A DNA stretch of 64,000 nt, from assembly GCA_028826165.1 (NCBI GenBank), contig JAPDFW010000119.1, forward strand, positions 62,001 to 126,000, in the 5' to 3' direction. A model generated the notes under the pieces. That model did no database searches and was not told the origin of the DNA. It was given only the letters and a program-made list of their open reading frames with translations. Position 1 is the first letter of the stretch. Each line of letters begins with the position of its first letter. Position numbers and translations under genes: made by a program. Positions 41,351 to 53,549 of the stretch are shown here, piece by piece. Source of the stretch: Anaeramoeba ignava BMAN (taxonomy: Eukaryota; Protista; Anaeramoebae).

Positions 41351-42989
41351 TTAATTATTTTGATATTGATTTTGTGGAGGATTATAAGTTGAAAAATCAG
41401 AGAAATTCATTCCAATAGGACCTTCATAATTAGGTTGATAATTATTATCAGGACCTTGATAATTTAATTGGAAATTTGGTTCTTGATAACCTAATTCATA
41501 AGTTGGCTCTTTATATCCTAATTCCAAATTTGATTCTTGATAATTTGGTTCTTGATCAATTAATTTTTTGTAAGTTGGTTCTTCATTTGTTGTTGTTGGT
41601 TTTTTTGCAAGTGGTTTTAAAGCAATGGAAATATTGGATTTTCTATATCCTTTAGATTTTCTTTTCTTTCTCTCTCTCTTGATTTTAATTTTAATTTTAA
41701 TTTTAATTTTGATTTTAATTTTGATTTTGTAAATGAATTTTAATTTTAATTTTAATTTAGATTTTGATTTTAATTTTGATTTTGATTTTGATTTTGATTT
41801 TGATTTTGATTTTAATTTTAATTTTGATTTTGATTTTAATTTTGATTTATATTTTGATTTTAATTTTACTCTTATATAACAAAAAATACAACAACCAATT
41901 AGAAAGAGAGATCCTAGAACCGATCCAACAATTGTTCCCATAACCTAAATGATTTGAATTATTTTTTTCAAATGTTCAAATTTTAAAATAGAAAATTTGG
42001 AATAAAAAATCAATACTTTCTCAATTTCACCAGGGCAATGCGCTTTTCGGGATATAGAACCAGAACAATGTATATCATCACTTTTTAATTTTGATTTTGA
42101 TTTTGATATTGATTTTGATTTTGATTTTAATTTTGATTTTGATTTTGAATTTAATTTTAATTTTAATTTTAATTTTGATTTTAATTTTAATTTTAATTTT
42201 AATTTTAATTTTAATTTTAATTTTAATTTTGATTTTAATTTTGATTTTGATTTTGATTTTGATTTTAATTTTAATCTTGATTTTGATTTTGATTTTGATT
42301 TTGATTTTGATTTTAATTTTGATTTTGATTTTAATTTTGATTTTGATTTTGATTTTGATTTTGAATTTGATTTTGATTTTAATATTGATTTTGATTTTAA
42401 TTTTAATATTGATTTTGATTTTGATTTTGATTTTAATTTTGATTTTGATTTTGATTTTGATTTTGATTTTGAATTTAATTTTAATTTTGATTTTGATTTT
42501 GAATTTGATTTTGATTTTGATTTTAATTTTAATTTTGATTTTGATTTTAATTTTGATTTTGATTTTGATTTTGATTTTAATTTTAATTTTAATTTTGATT
42601 TTGATTTTAATTTTAATTTTGATTTTGATTTTAATTTTGATTTTGATTTTAATTTTAATTTTAAATTTGTTTTTGATTAAAGAAAAAGAGAAATCAATTT
42701 TTTACTCTTCACCATAACACAGATTAGAATCGGGGCACCAAAAACATTCAATAGTTTCTGCACAAGAGGTGCATTTTGAATAAGAACTTATCAAAAGAAA
42801 TTAATTAATTAATTTTTTTTTGTTTTAGGGAATTTTTATTATTTGGAATTGTTGGAATTGTTTTATAAAAAGCAAAACAAAAAATTAATTTTTCTTTTCT
42901 CTTTTTGCTTTTTTTTTTGTTTATTTTTACGAGCATGAAGTACTCAAAACCGAACCAATAATTAATAAAAAATAAAAGAAAGTGATCAT
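41351..42989 (-). CDS. PSI-domain membrane protein, copy C (divergent ectodomain)
   Basis: MITFFYFLLIIGSVLSTSC | SYSKCTSCAETIECFWCPDSNLCYGE | DDIHCSGSISRKAHCPGEIEK | VMGTIVGSVLGSLFLIGCCIFCYIR | tail ending NQYQNN*. Confidence 0.83.
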
Positions 42990-43184
42990 TTAAGAAAAAA
43001 TTGAAAGAAAAAAAATGAAACAATTTTTTGGTTATTTCAAAAAAAATTATTAAAAAATCCTTTTATAAATTTGATTGAAGATTTTTTTCTCTTTTGTTTT
43101 TATTTAATTGAATAATTGAATAATTGAATAAAAAAAATTGAGAATGAAAAGTGGAATAAAAATGAAAAAGAAAAAGAATTGTTT

Positions 43185-44945
43185 TTAATTATTTTGATAT
43201 TGATTTTGTTGAGGATTATAAGTTGAAAAATCAGGGAAATTCATTCCAACAGGATTTTGATAATTATTATCAGGACCTTGATAATTAGGTTCTTGATAAC
43301 CTAATTGTAAATTTGATTCTTGATAATTTTGTTGTTGATAATTTTGTTCTTGATAAGTTGGTTGTTGATAACTTGGTTGATAAGTTGGTTGTTGATAGCT
43401 TGGTTCTTGATAAGTTGGTTCTTGATAAGTTGGTTGATAAGTTGGTTCTTGATAAGTTGGTTGTTGATAACTTGGTTGTTGATAACTTGGTTGTTGAATT
43501 GTAACTGGTTGTAAACCGATTGTATTACCTGATTTTCTATATTCTTCTAATCTTCTTTTTTGTGCCTTTTTTAATTTTGATTTTAATTTTGATTTTAATT
43601 TTTGGATTAAATTTTGATTTTAATTTTGATTTTGATTTTGATTTTGATTTTGATTTTTATTTTTAATTTTAATTTTGATTTTAATTTTGATTTTAATATT
43701 GATATTGATTTTAATTTTAATTTTAATTTTAATTTTAATTTTAATTTTAATTTTAATATTGATATTGATATTGATTTTAATTTTAATTTTGATTTTAATT
43801 TTTGGATTTAATTTTAATTTTAATTTTAATTTTGATTTTAATTTTGATTTTAATTTTAATTTTAATTTTAATTTTGATTTTGATTTTGATTTTGATTTCG
43901 ATTTTGAATTTGATTTTGATTTTGATTTTAATTTTGATTTTAATTTTGATTTTGATTTTGATTTTGATTTTAATTTTGATTTTAATTTTAATTTTGATTT
44001 TAATTTTTGGATTTTGATTTTGATTTTAATTTTGATTTTTGGATTAAATTCATTTTGATTTTTAATTTTATTACTTTTTTAGAGCAATAAACACAACAAG
44101 CTATCAGAATTATCAAACCAGCTAATCCTCCAAAAACTGCTCCAAAAATCTAATTTAATTTAATTTAATTTAATTTTAAGAATAAAGATAAGAATAAATA
44201 TAAGAATACTGTTGCCATATATCCAGGACAACTACTTGTTAGATGTTTCCAATCGCTGCAATAATCATAATCAGATCTTTTGTTTTCAAATTTAATATTA
44301 ATTTTAATTTTAATTTTAATTTTAATTTTGATTTTAATTTTAATTTTAATTTTAATTTTAATTTTAATTTTGATTTTGATATTAATTTTAATTTTAATTT
44401 TTAATTTTAATTTTGATTTTTGGTTTAATTTTAATTTTATTTTTGATTTTTGATTTTAATTTTAATTTTAATTTTAATTTTAATTTTTGGATTAGATTTT
44501 AATTTTAATTTTATTTTTGATTTTTATTTTAATTTTGATTTTAATTTTAATTTTGATTTTAATTTTGATTTTGATTTTGATTTTAATTTTAATTTTGATT
44601 TTGATTTTAATTTTGATTTTAATTTTATTTTTAATTTTAATTTTTGGATTAAATTTTAATTTTAAAAAGATTAAAAAAAAGAAGAAGAACTTACACACTA
44701 TCATAACAATGCTTATTAGTTTCACACCATTCACAATCAAAATCATCTAAACAAGAAGTACATTTTGTATAAGAACTGATCTCAAAATATTAATTTAATT
44801 GTTTATTTGTTTTAAAAAAGCAAAAGAGTTAATTTTTGTTTCTTTTTTTTTTATTTTTATTTTTATTATTTTTATTTTATTTTTACGTGCAAATTGTGCT
44901 AAAAACCGAACCAATAATTAATAAAAAATAAAAGAAAGTGATCAT
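43185..44945 (-). CDS. PSI-domain membrane protein, copy D
   Basis: MITFFYFLLIIGSVFSTIC | SYTKCTSCLDDFDCEWCETNKHCYDS | SDYDYCSDWKHLTSSCPGYMAT | ILGAVFGGLAGLIILIACCVYCSKK | AQKRRLEEY..(YQQP)n tail. Confidence 0.85.
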
Positions 44946-45157
44946 AATAAAAAAAAAAGAAAGAAAAAAAATGAAAATAAATTGATCGAAATAAATTTTT
45001 ATTTTGATTGATTTTTTTTTAAATATTTTTTTATTTTCGTTTTATTATTTTTTTTTTGGAAGAAAAAAATTGAAAGAAAAAAAAAGAAGAATAAAAAAAA
45101 TCAATCAAAAAAAAGAAGAATAAAAAAAAAATCAAATCAAATCAAAAATAATTGATT

Positions 45158-47043
45158 TTAATTATTTTGAGTTGGATTTTGTTGAGGATTATAAGTTGAA
45201 AAATCAGGGAAATTCATTCCAACAGGACCTTGATAATTAGGAGGTTGAAAATTATTATCAGGTTGAGAGAAATTCATTCCAGTTGGTCCTTGATAATTTG
45301 GTTCTTGATAATTTAATTGGAAATTTGGTTGTTGATAATTTGGTTGATAACTTGGTTCTTGATAAGTTGGTTGATAACTTGGTTGATAAGGTGGTTCTTG
45401 ATAAGTTGGTTCTTGATAAGTTGGTTGATAACTTGGTTGTTGAATTGTTGTTGTTATTGTAACTGGTTTTAAATCAAGTTTATTAGCTGATTTTCTGTAT
45501 TCTTCTAATCTGTTGTTTTGTGCCTTTTTTATATTTTGATTTTAATTATGATTTTAATTTTATAAATGAATTTAAATTTTAATTTTAATTTTAATTATGA
45601 TTTTAATTTTAATTTTAATTTTAATTTTAATTTTAATTTTAATTTTAATTTTAATTTTAATTTTAATTTTAATTTTAATTTTAATTTTAATTTTAATTTT
45701 AATTTTAATTTTAATTTTAATTTTAATTTTAATTTTAATTTTATAAATGAATTTTAATTTTAATTTTAATTATGATTTTGATTTTAATTTTATAAATGAA
45801 TTTAAATTTTAATTTTAATTTTAATTTTAATTATGATTTTAATTTTAATTTTAATTTTAATTTTAATTTTAATTTTAATTTTAATATTAATTTTAATTTT
45901 AATTTTAATTTTAATTTTAATTTTAATTTTAATTTTAATTTTAATTTTATAAATGAATTTTAATTTTAATTTTAATTTTAATTTTAATTTTATAAATGAA
46001 TTTTAATTTTAATTTACTCTTCTGGCGCAATAAACACAACAACATATAAGAATTATCAAACCTGCTATTGCTCCAAAAACTGCTCCTAAAATCTAATTTA
46101 ATTTAATTTAATTTAATTTAATTTCAATATAAAAAAGTGGAATTTAAATTAAATAAAAATAAGAATGTACTGTTGCTAAATATCCCGGACAATTACTTTT
46201 GATATATTTCCAATCATTGCAATAATCATAATCAGATCTTTTGTTTTCAAATTTGATTTTAATTTTAATTTTTAATTTTAATTTTAATTTTAATTTTAAT
46301 TTTAATTTTAATTTTAATTTTAATTTTAATTTTAATTTTGATTTTGATTTTGATTTTAATTTTGATTTTAATTTTAATTTTAATTTTTAATTTTAATTTA
46401 TAATTTTGATTTTATAAATGAATTTTAATTTTATTTTTGATTTTGATTTTAATTTTAATTTTAATTTTAATTTTAATTTTAATTTTAATTTTAATTTTAA
46501 TTTTAATTTTAATTTTAATTTTAATTTTAATTTTAATTTTAATTTTAATTTTAATTTTAATTTTAATTTTAATTTTAATTTTAATTTTAATTTTAATTTT
46601 AATTTTTATTTTAATTTTAATTTTTAATTTTAATTTTTAATTTTGATTTTAATTTTAATTTTGATTTTTATTTTAATTTTGATTTTAATTTTAATTTTAA
46701 TTTTAAATTTAATTTTAAATTTAATTTTAATTTTTATTTTTAAATTTAATTTTAATTTTAATTTTAATTCTTATTTTAATTTTAAAAAAAAGAAAAGAAA
46801 AATACTTACGTGCTATCATAACAATGTTTATTAGTTTCACACCATTCACAAAATATATCATCTAAACAAGAAGTGCATTTTGTTTTTGAACTAATAAAAA
46901 AAAAATTGTTTATTTAAATTTTTTTTGTTTATTTAAATTTTTTTTTTTTATTTTTATTTTTATTAGTTCATTATTATTTTTTACGTGCAAGTTGTGCTAA
47001 AAACTGAACCAATAATTAATAAAAAATAAAAGAAAGTGATCAT
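45158..47043 (-). CDS. PSI-domain membrane protein, copy E
   Basis: MITFFYFLLIIGSVFSTTC | SKTKCTSCLDDIFCEWCETNKHCYDS | SDYDYCNDWKYIKSNCPGYLAT | ILGAVFGAIAGLIILICCCVYCARR | tail containing QPPNY. Confidence 0.85.
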
Positions 47044-47176
47044 AATAAAAAAAAGAAAGAAAAAAGAAAGAAAAAAAATGAAAAAAAATTTTTTTAAAAC
47101 AAAAAACAAAAAAAAAAGGGAAATTAAATTAAATTTAAATTAAGAATTGATTTGAATTTTGTGAGAAATAATAAAT

Positions 47177-48750
47177 TTAAAGATCATGATGACTCATTTC
47201 GACTTTATTTTCTAAATTATTATTTTGGAATTCTTGATAATTTGTTTCTTGATAACTTAATATTGGATTTAATTCTTGATTATTTGATTCATAATTTAAT
47301 TCAGAATTTTGTTCTTTATTGTTTGGATCTGATATTATTGTTGGATTTGGAGAATCTTCTAATTTGAGATTATCGACAGAATTATGTTGTTTTTTTTTCG
47401 AAAAGGCTTTTTTCCTTGACTTATTTTTTTTTGGATTTTATTTTAATTTTCATTTTGATTTTGATTTTGATTTTAATTTTAATTTTAATTTTAATTTTAA
47501 TTTTGATTTTAATTTTAATTTTAATTTTGATTTTGATTTTAATTTTAATTTTAATTTTAATTTTAATTTTAATTTAAATTTTGGTTTTAATTTTGATTTT
47601 AATTTTTGGATTTAATTTTAATTTTGATTTTAATTTTAATTTTAATTTTGATTTTAATTTTGATTTTAATTTTGATTTTAATTTTGATTTTGATTTTGAT
47701 TTTAATTTTGATTTTAATTTTAAATTTTAATTTTGATTTTAATTTTGATTTTGATTTTGATTTTGATTTTAATTTTGATTTTGATTTTTGGATTTGATTT
47801 TGATTTTAATTTTGATTTTGATTTTGATTTTGATTTTGATTTTAATTTTAATTTTAATTTTAATTTTGATTTTGATTTTGATTTTGATTTTAATTTTGAT
47901 TTTAATTTTAAATTTTAAATTTTATTTTGATTTTGATTTTGATTTTGATTTTGATTTTGATTTTGATTTTGATTTTGATTTTAATTTTGATTTTGATTTT
48001 TATTTTTAATTTTAATTTTAATTTTGATTTTGATTTTGATTTTGATTTTGATTTTGATTTTGATTTTAATTTTAATTTTGATTTTAATTTTGATTTTGAT
48101 TTTGATTTTGATTTTAAATTTTAAATTTTGATTTTAATTTTGATTTTAATTTTGATTTTAATTTTGATTTTAATTTTGATTTTGATTTTGATTTTGATTT
48201 TGATTTTGATTTTAAAAATACTTTTTGAATCCAAAACAAAGAACAAATAATAATTAAAATAACAGCTGCTAATCCACCTAAATATGCTCCTAAAACCTAA
48301 ATAAAAATAATTAAAATAAATAAAAATAATTAAAATAATTAAAATAATTAAAATAATTAAAATAATTAAAATAATTAAAATAAATAAATACTGTTGGTAA
48401 AGATTCAGTGCATTGACTTGAATTTTCTTTCCATTCATCGCAAGAATTATAAAAAGATCTTTTAATTTTCAGTTTAAATTGGGATAGAAAATGTGATTTT
48501 GATTTGGATTTTTTGGAATTAAAATAAAAAAGAAAAATAATTTACTTATTTTCATAACATTCATGATTAGTTTGACACCAATAACAATTAATTTCATTTG
48601 TACAAGAAGAACAAGTTTCTGAACTATCCAAAGTATAAAATATAAAATATAAAATAAAAGAAAAGAAATTATTTTTATTTTTATTTATTTTTACATGCAA
48701 TTTTGGTTCAAAACTGAATTAATAAATAAGAATAAAAGAATAATTTTCAT
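47177..48750 (-). CDS. PSI-domain membrane protein, copy F (most divergent tail)
   Basis: MKIILLFLFINSV..NC | SSETCSSCTNEINCYWCQTNHECYEN | SFYNSCDEWKENSSQCTESLPT | VLGAYLGGLAAVILIIICSLFWIQK | SRKKAF..EMSHHDL*. Confidence 0.8.
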
Positions 48751-48894
48751 TTTAAAAAAAAAATGAAATTAAAATTTGTTTTTTTTTTCTTTTTCATTCA
48801 ATAAAAAAAGCAAAAAAAAAAGAAAGTGGAACAAAAGAGGGCAAAATAAAGGAAAAAAAGAAAAATGAAAAGAGAAAAAAAGCAAATAGACTTT

Positions 48895-51067
48895 TTAATT
48901 ATTTTGAGAAGGATTATAATTAGGAGGTTGAAAATTATTATCAGGATGAGGGAAATTCATTTGAAGAGGAGGTTGGAAATTATTATCAGGACCTTGATAA
49001 TTTGGAGGTTGAAAATTTGGTTCTTGATAATTTGGTTGAAAATTGGTTGTTGGAAATTTGGTTCTTGATAATTTGGTTGAAAATTTGGTTCTTGATAATT
49101 TGGTTGATAATTTGGTTGATAACTTGGTTGAAAGTTTGGTTCATAATTTGGTTTGTAATTTGGTTCATAATTGGGTTCCTGTAATGTTGTGGGTGTAGTT
49201 ACAGTTACTGGTTTGAGACTAATATTATTGTTTGATGATGTATAAGATTGTAATTTTTTTTTCTGTGCCTTTTTTTTAAAATAAATTAATTTTTTAATTT
49301 TAATTTTGATTTTAATTTTGATTTTAATTTTAATTTTAATTTTGATTTTAATTTTGATTTTAATTTTGATTTTGAATTTTAATTTTAATTTTGATTTTGA
49401 TTTTGATTTTGATTTTGATTTTAATTTTGATTTTGATTTTGATTTTGATTTTGATTTTAATTTTGATTTTAATTTTGATTTTGATTTTTGATTTTGATTT
49501 TGATTTTGATTTTAATTTTAATTTTAATTTATATTTACTCTTCTAACTAAACAAACACAACAAATAGAAAGGATTATAACACCTGCTATTGCTCCAAAAA
49601 CTGCTCCTAAAATCTAATTTAATTTAATTAAATTTAATTTAATTAATAAAAATAAAAAAATTGGATTAAAATTGAATTATACTTTTGCTAAATATCCAGG
49701 ACAATCACTTTTGAAATATTTCCAATCGCTACAATTTTCATTATCCAATCTGTGAATTTATTTCAATTAAATTGAATTGAATATTGAATTGAATTAAATA
49801 TTGAATTGAATTAAATATTGAATTAAATTGAATATTGAATTAAATTAAATTGAATATTGAATTGAATTAAATATTAAATTAAATATTGAATTAAATTGAA
49901 TATTAAATTGAATATTGAATTAAATTAAATATTGAATTAAATATTGAAAATTGAATTAAATATTGAATTGAATATTGAATTAAATATTGAATTGAATATT
50001 AAATTGAATATTGAATTAAATTAAATATTGAATTGAATTGAATATTGAATTAAATATTGAATTGAATTAAATATTGAATTAAATATTGAATTGAATTAAA
50101 TATTGAATTGAATTAAATATTGAAATGAAATTGAATTAAATATTAAATTGAATTGAATATTGAATTAAATATTGAATTGAATTAAATATTGAATTAAATT
50201 GTTGAATTAAATATTAAATTGAATATTTGAATTAAATATTGGTTGAATATTGAAAATTGAATATTGAAATAAAAATAAAAATAAAAATGAATTGAATATT
50301 GTCATAAATTTTGAATCCTGAATATTAAATTCAAAAATATTGAATTGAATATTGAAATTTAAATTAAATAAGGGAAAAATAAAAATTAAATATTAAATTG
50401 AATTAAAAAGAAAATTAAAAGAAAAAAAAAGGAAAAATTTTGAATTGAATTGAATATTGAATTAAATATTGAATATTGAATAAATATTGATTTAAATATA
50501 AAAATGAATATTAAATTAAATATTGAATTGAATATTAAATTAAATATTGAATTAAATATTAAATTAAATATTGAATTAAATATTGAATTGAAAATTGAAT
50601 TAAATATTGAATTAAATTGAATATTGAATTAAATATTGAATTAAATTGAATATTAAATTAAATATTGAATTAAATATTGAATTGAATTGAATATTGTATT
50701 AAATTAAATTGAATTGAAAATTAAAGATGATCTGGAATTGATTTGAATTGAATTGAGTTGAATTATTGAATGTTGAATTGAATACTAAATTAAAAAAATA
50801 AAATAAAAAATGATTTACGTGCTGTCATAACATTTTTTATTATCCTCACACCAATCACATAAATAACTTGTCAAACAACTTTCACAAGAAGTTTGTGAAC
50901 TATTTACAAAACAAAAAAAAAGGGAAAAATAAAAAAAATTGATAATTTGATGAAATTAATTAAAAAGAAAATGAAAAGAAAACAAAAAGGAAAAAAAAAT
51001 TTTTTTCTTACGTGCAACTTGTAAAAACAGAACCAATAATTAATAAAAAAGTCAAGAAAATAAACAT
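48895..51067 (-). CDS. PSI-domain membrane protein, copy G
   Basis: MFIFLTFLLIIGSVFTSC | SQTSCESCLTSYLCDWCEDNKKCYDS | LDNENCSDWKYFKSDCPGYLAK | ILGAVFGAIAGVIILSICCVCLVRR | tail with two QPPNY; ~1 kb satellite in intron 2. Confidence 0.85.
49760..50810. repeat. (AATATTGAATT[AA])n satellite in intron 2 of copy G; same type at ~52610-53030 in copy H
   Basis: Read directly. Confidence 0.88.
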
Positions 51068-51364
51068 CTTTAATTTAGAAAATAAAAAAATGAATTTCCA
51101 ATTTTTATTTCATTTTTTTTATTTAAAATTTTTTTAATAAGAAAAAAGGAAAAAGAAAAAAGAGAGAATAAAAAGAAAATGAAATCAAAAGTGGCAAAAA
51201 TGATAAAAAAAATTTAATTTTGTGATCGTTTTTGTAAAAATTTTCTTCTTTATTAAAATGAAATCAACCAAACAAACAAAGAAAAGAATTGAAAAGAAAG
51301 AAAAGAAAAGAAAAGATTGAAAAGAAAAATAAATTCCAAAAACAAAAATGAATGAAAAATTTTT

Positions 51365-53373
51365 TCAGTTGAAATTTGAATTAAAATTTTGATTTTGAAA
51401 ATCATTTTGGAAATTAGATTGAGAAAAATCCATTCCGATTGGACCTTGATAATTTGGATCTTGGTAACTTGGACCTTGATAATTTGGTTGAAAATTTGGA
51501 TCTTGAAAATTCTTTGAAGGTTCTTGATAATTTGGTTGAAAATTTGGATCTTGGAAATTCTTTGAAGGTTCTTGATAATTTGATTGAAAATTTGGATCTT
51601 GATAATTTGGTTGGAAATTTGGTTGATAAGTTGGTTGAAAAGTTGGTTGGTAATTTGGTTGGAAAGTTGGTTCTTGATAATTTGATTGATAATTTGGTTG
51701 ATAATTTGAATCTTGATAAGTTGGTTGAAAATTTGGTTCTTGAATTGGTTGTGTTCCTACTTGTACTTTTTCAAGAGTAACTGAATTTCCAGCTGCTTGT
51801 CTTTGATTAGCAATATTTCTTGCTCTCTTTCATTTTTGATATTAAATTGAATATTAAATTGAATTGATTTAATGTAATTTGATTTGATTTGATTTGATTT
51901 AATTTGATTTGATTTGATTTAATTTGATTTGATTTGATTTAATTTAATTTAATTTAATTTGATTTAATGTAATTTGATTTAATGTAATTTTGATTTTGAT
52001 TTGATTTAATGTAATTTGATTTAATTTTGATTTTGATTTGATGTAATTTGATTTAATGTAATTTGATTTGATTTGATTTAATTTGATTTAATTTGATTTG
52101 ATTTGATTTGATTTAATTTAATTTGATTTAATTTAATTTGATTTAATTTGATTTGATTTGATTTTGATTTGATTTAATTTGATTTAATTTTGATTTGATT
52201 TGATTTAATTTTGATTTGATTTGATTTGATTTGATTTGATTTGATTTAATTTTGATTTGATTTGATTTGATTTAATTTGATTTAATGTAATTTGATTTGA
52301 TTTGATTTAATTTAATTTAATTTAATTTGATTAAAATTTAATTGCAAAAAAATTACTCTTTGAGCAAAGCAAATACAACAAATCATTAGAATGATGCAAC
52401 CTGCTACTGATCCAAGAACTGCTCCAATAATCTAAATGAATTAAAAAGTAAAAAAAATGAGAATTTCAAAATTTATCAAATCAATCCAAAAAAAAAATAA
52501 AGGAAAAATGAAAATAAAAAGATAATTACAACTGCTACATTTTCTGGACATGAACTTTGATCAAAATACCAATCACTACAACTTGGATCATCAGACCTTT
52601 TAGAAGGAAATTGAATATTGAATATTAAATATTAAATTGAATTGAATTAAATATTAAATATTGAATTAAATTAAATATTAAATTAAATATTAAATTGAAT
52701 ATTCAATATTGAATATTAAATATTAAATTGAATTAAATATTGAATATTAAATTGAATATTAAATTGAATTAAATATTGAATTGAATATTGAATTAAATAT
52801 TGAATTGAATTGAATTAAATATTAAATTGAATTAAATATTAAAAATTAAATATTAAATTAAATATTAAATTGAATATTAAATATTAAATTGAATTGAATT
52901 AAATATTAAATTGAATTGAATTAAATATTGAATATTAAATATTAAATTGAATTGAATATTAAATATTAAATTGAATTGAATTAAATATTAAATTAAATAT
53001 TGAATTAAATATTAAATATTAAATTAAAATGGTTAAAAAGAATTAATGACTCACATTAGATAATAACAATGTTTATCACTTTGACACCAATTACAACTAT
53101 AACCTGAAACACAACTCTTACAAGAACTTTCTGAACTAAATAGGAAAAATTTTTTTAATAAAATATTAAATTAATTTAATTTATTTTATTAAATTTTTTT
53201 TTTTGATGAAACAAAAAAGGAAAAAAATTTTTTTTGTTATTTCAAAATAATCAAAATCAAAATCAATAAAATAAAATAAAATGATCAAAAGAAATTTAAA
53301 TAATTTACCTGCAAGTACTAAAAACAGAATTAATCAAAAAAAATCCAATAAAGAAATAAATCAAAAATTGCAT
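51365..53373 (-). CDS. PSI-domain membrane protein, copy H
   Basis: MQFLIYFFIGFFLINSVFSTC | SESSCKSCVSGYSCNWCQSDKHCYYL | SDDPSCSDWYFDQSSCPENVAV | IIGAVLGSVAGCIILMICCICFAQR | ARNIANQRQ..(NFQPNYQ)n tail; (GATTT/AATTT)n in intron 4. Confidence 0.85.
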
Positions 53374-53549
53374 AAAAAATAAATGAAAATGAATGAAAAA
53401 AAAATGATTTTTAAAAAAGATTAAATTTTTAAATTTAATTTAAATTGAAATTTTGATTTTTAAAAAATTATTTGGAAAAAAAATATGGAAAAAATGAAAA
53501 ATTTGTTTTTATTTTTTCTCATTTTTTTTCTCATTTAAATAAAAACAAA

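Noticed and set aside
47177-47192. C-terminal HHDL of copy F as an ER-retention signal
   Set aside because: The tail is predicted to be cytosolic, out of reach of the KDEL receptor.
38863-51780. Plus-strand LITW/LVDN-type ORFs and minus-strand NQII ORFs
   Set aside because: They are antisense or off-frame readings of the Tyr/Gln/Pro tail exons of the PSI array.
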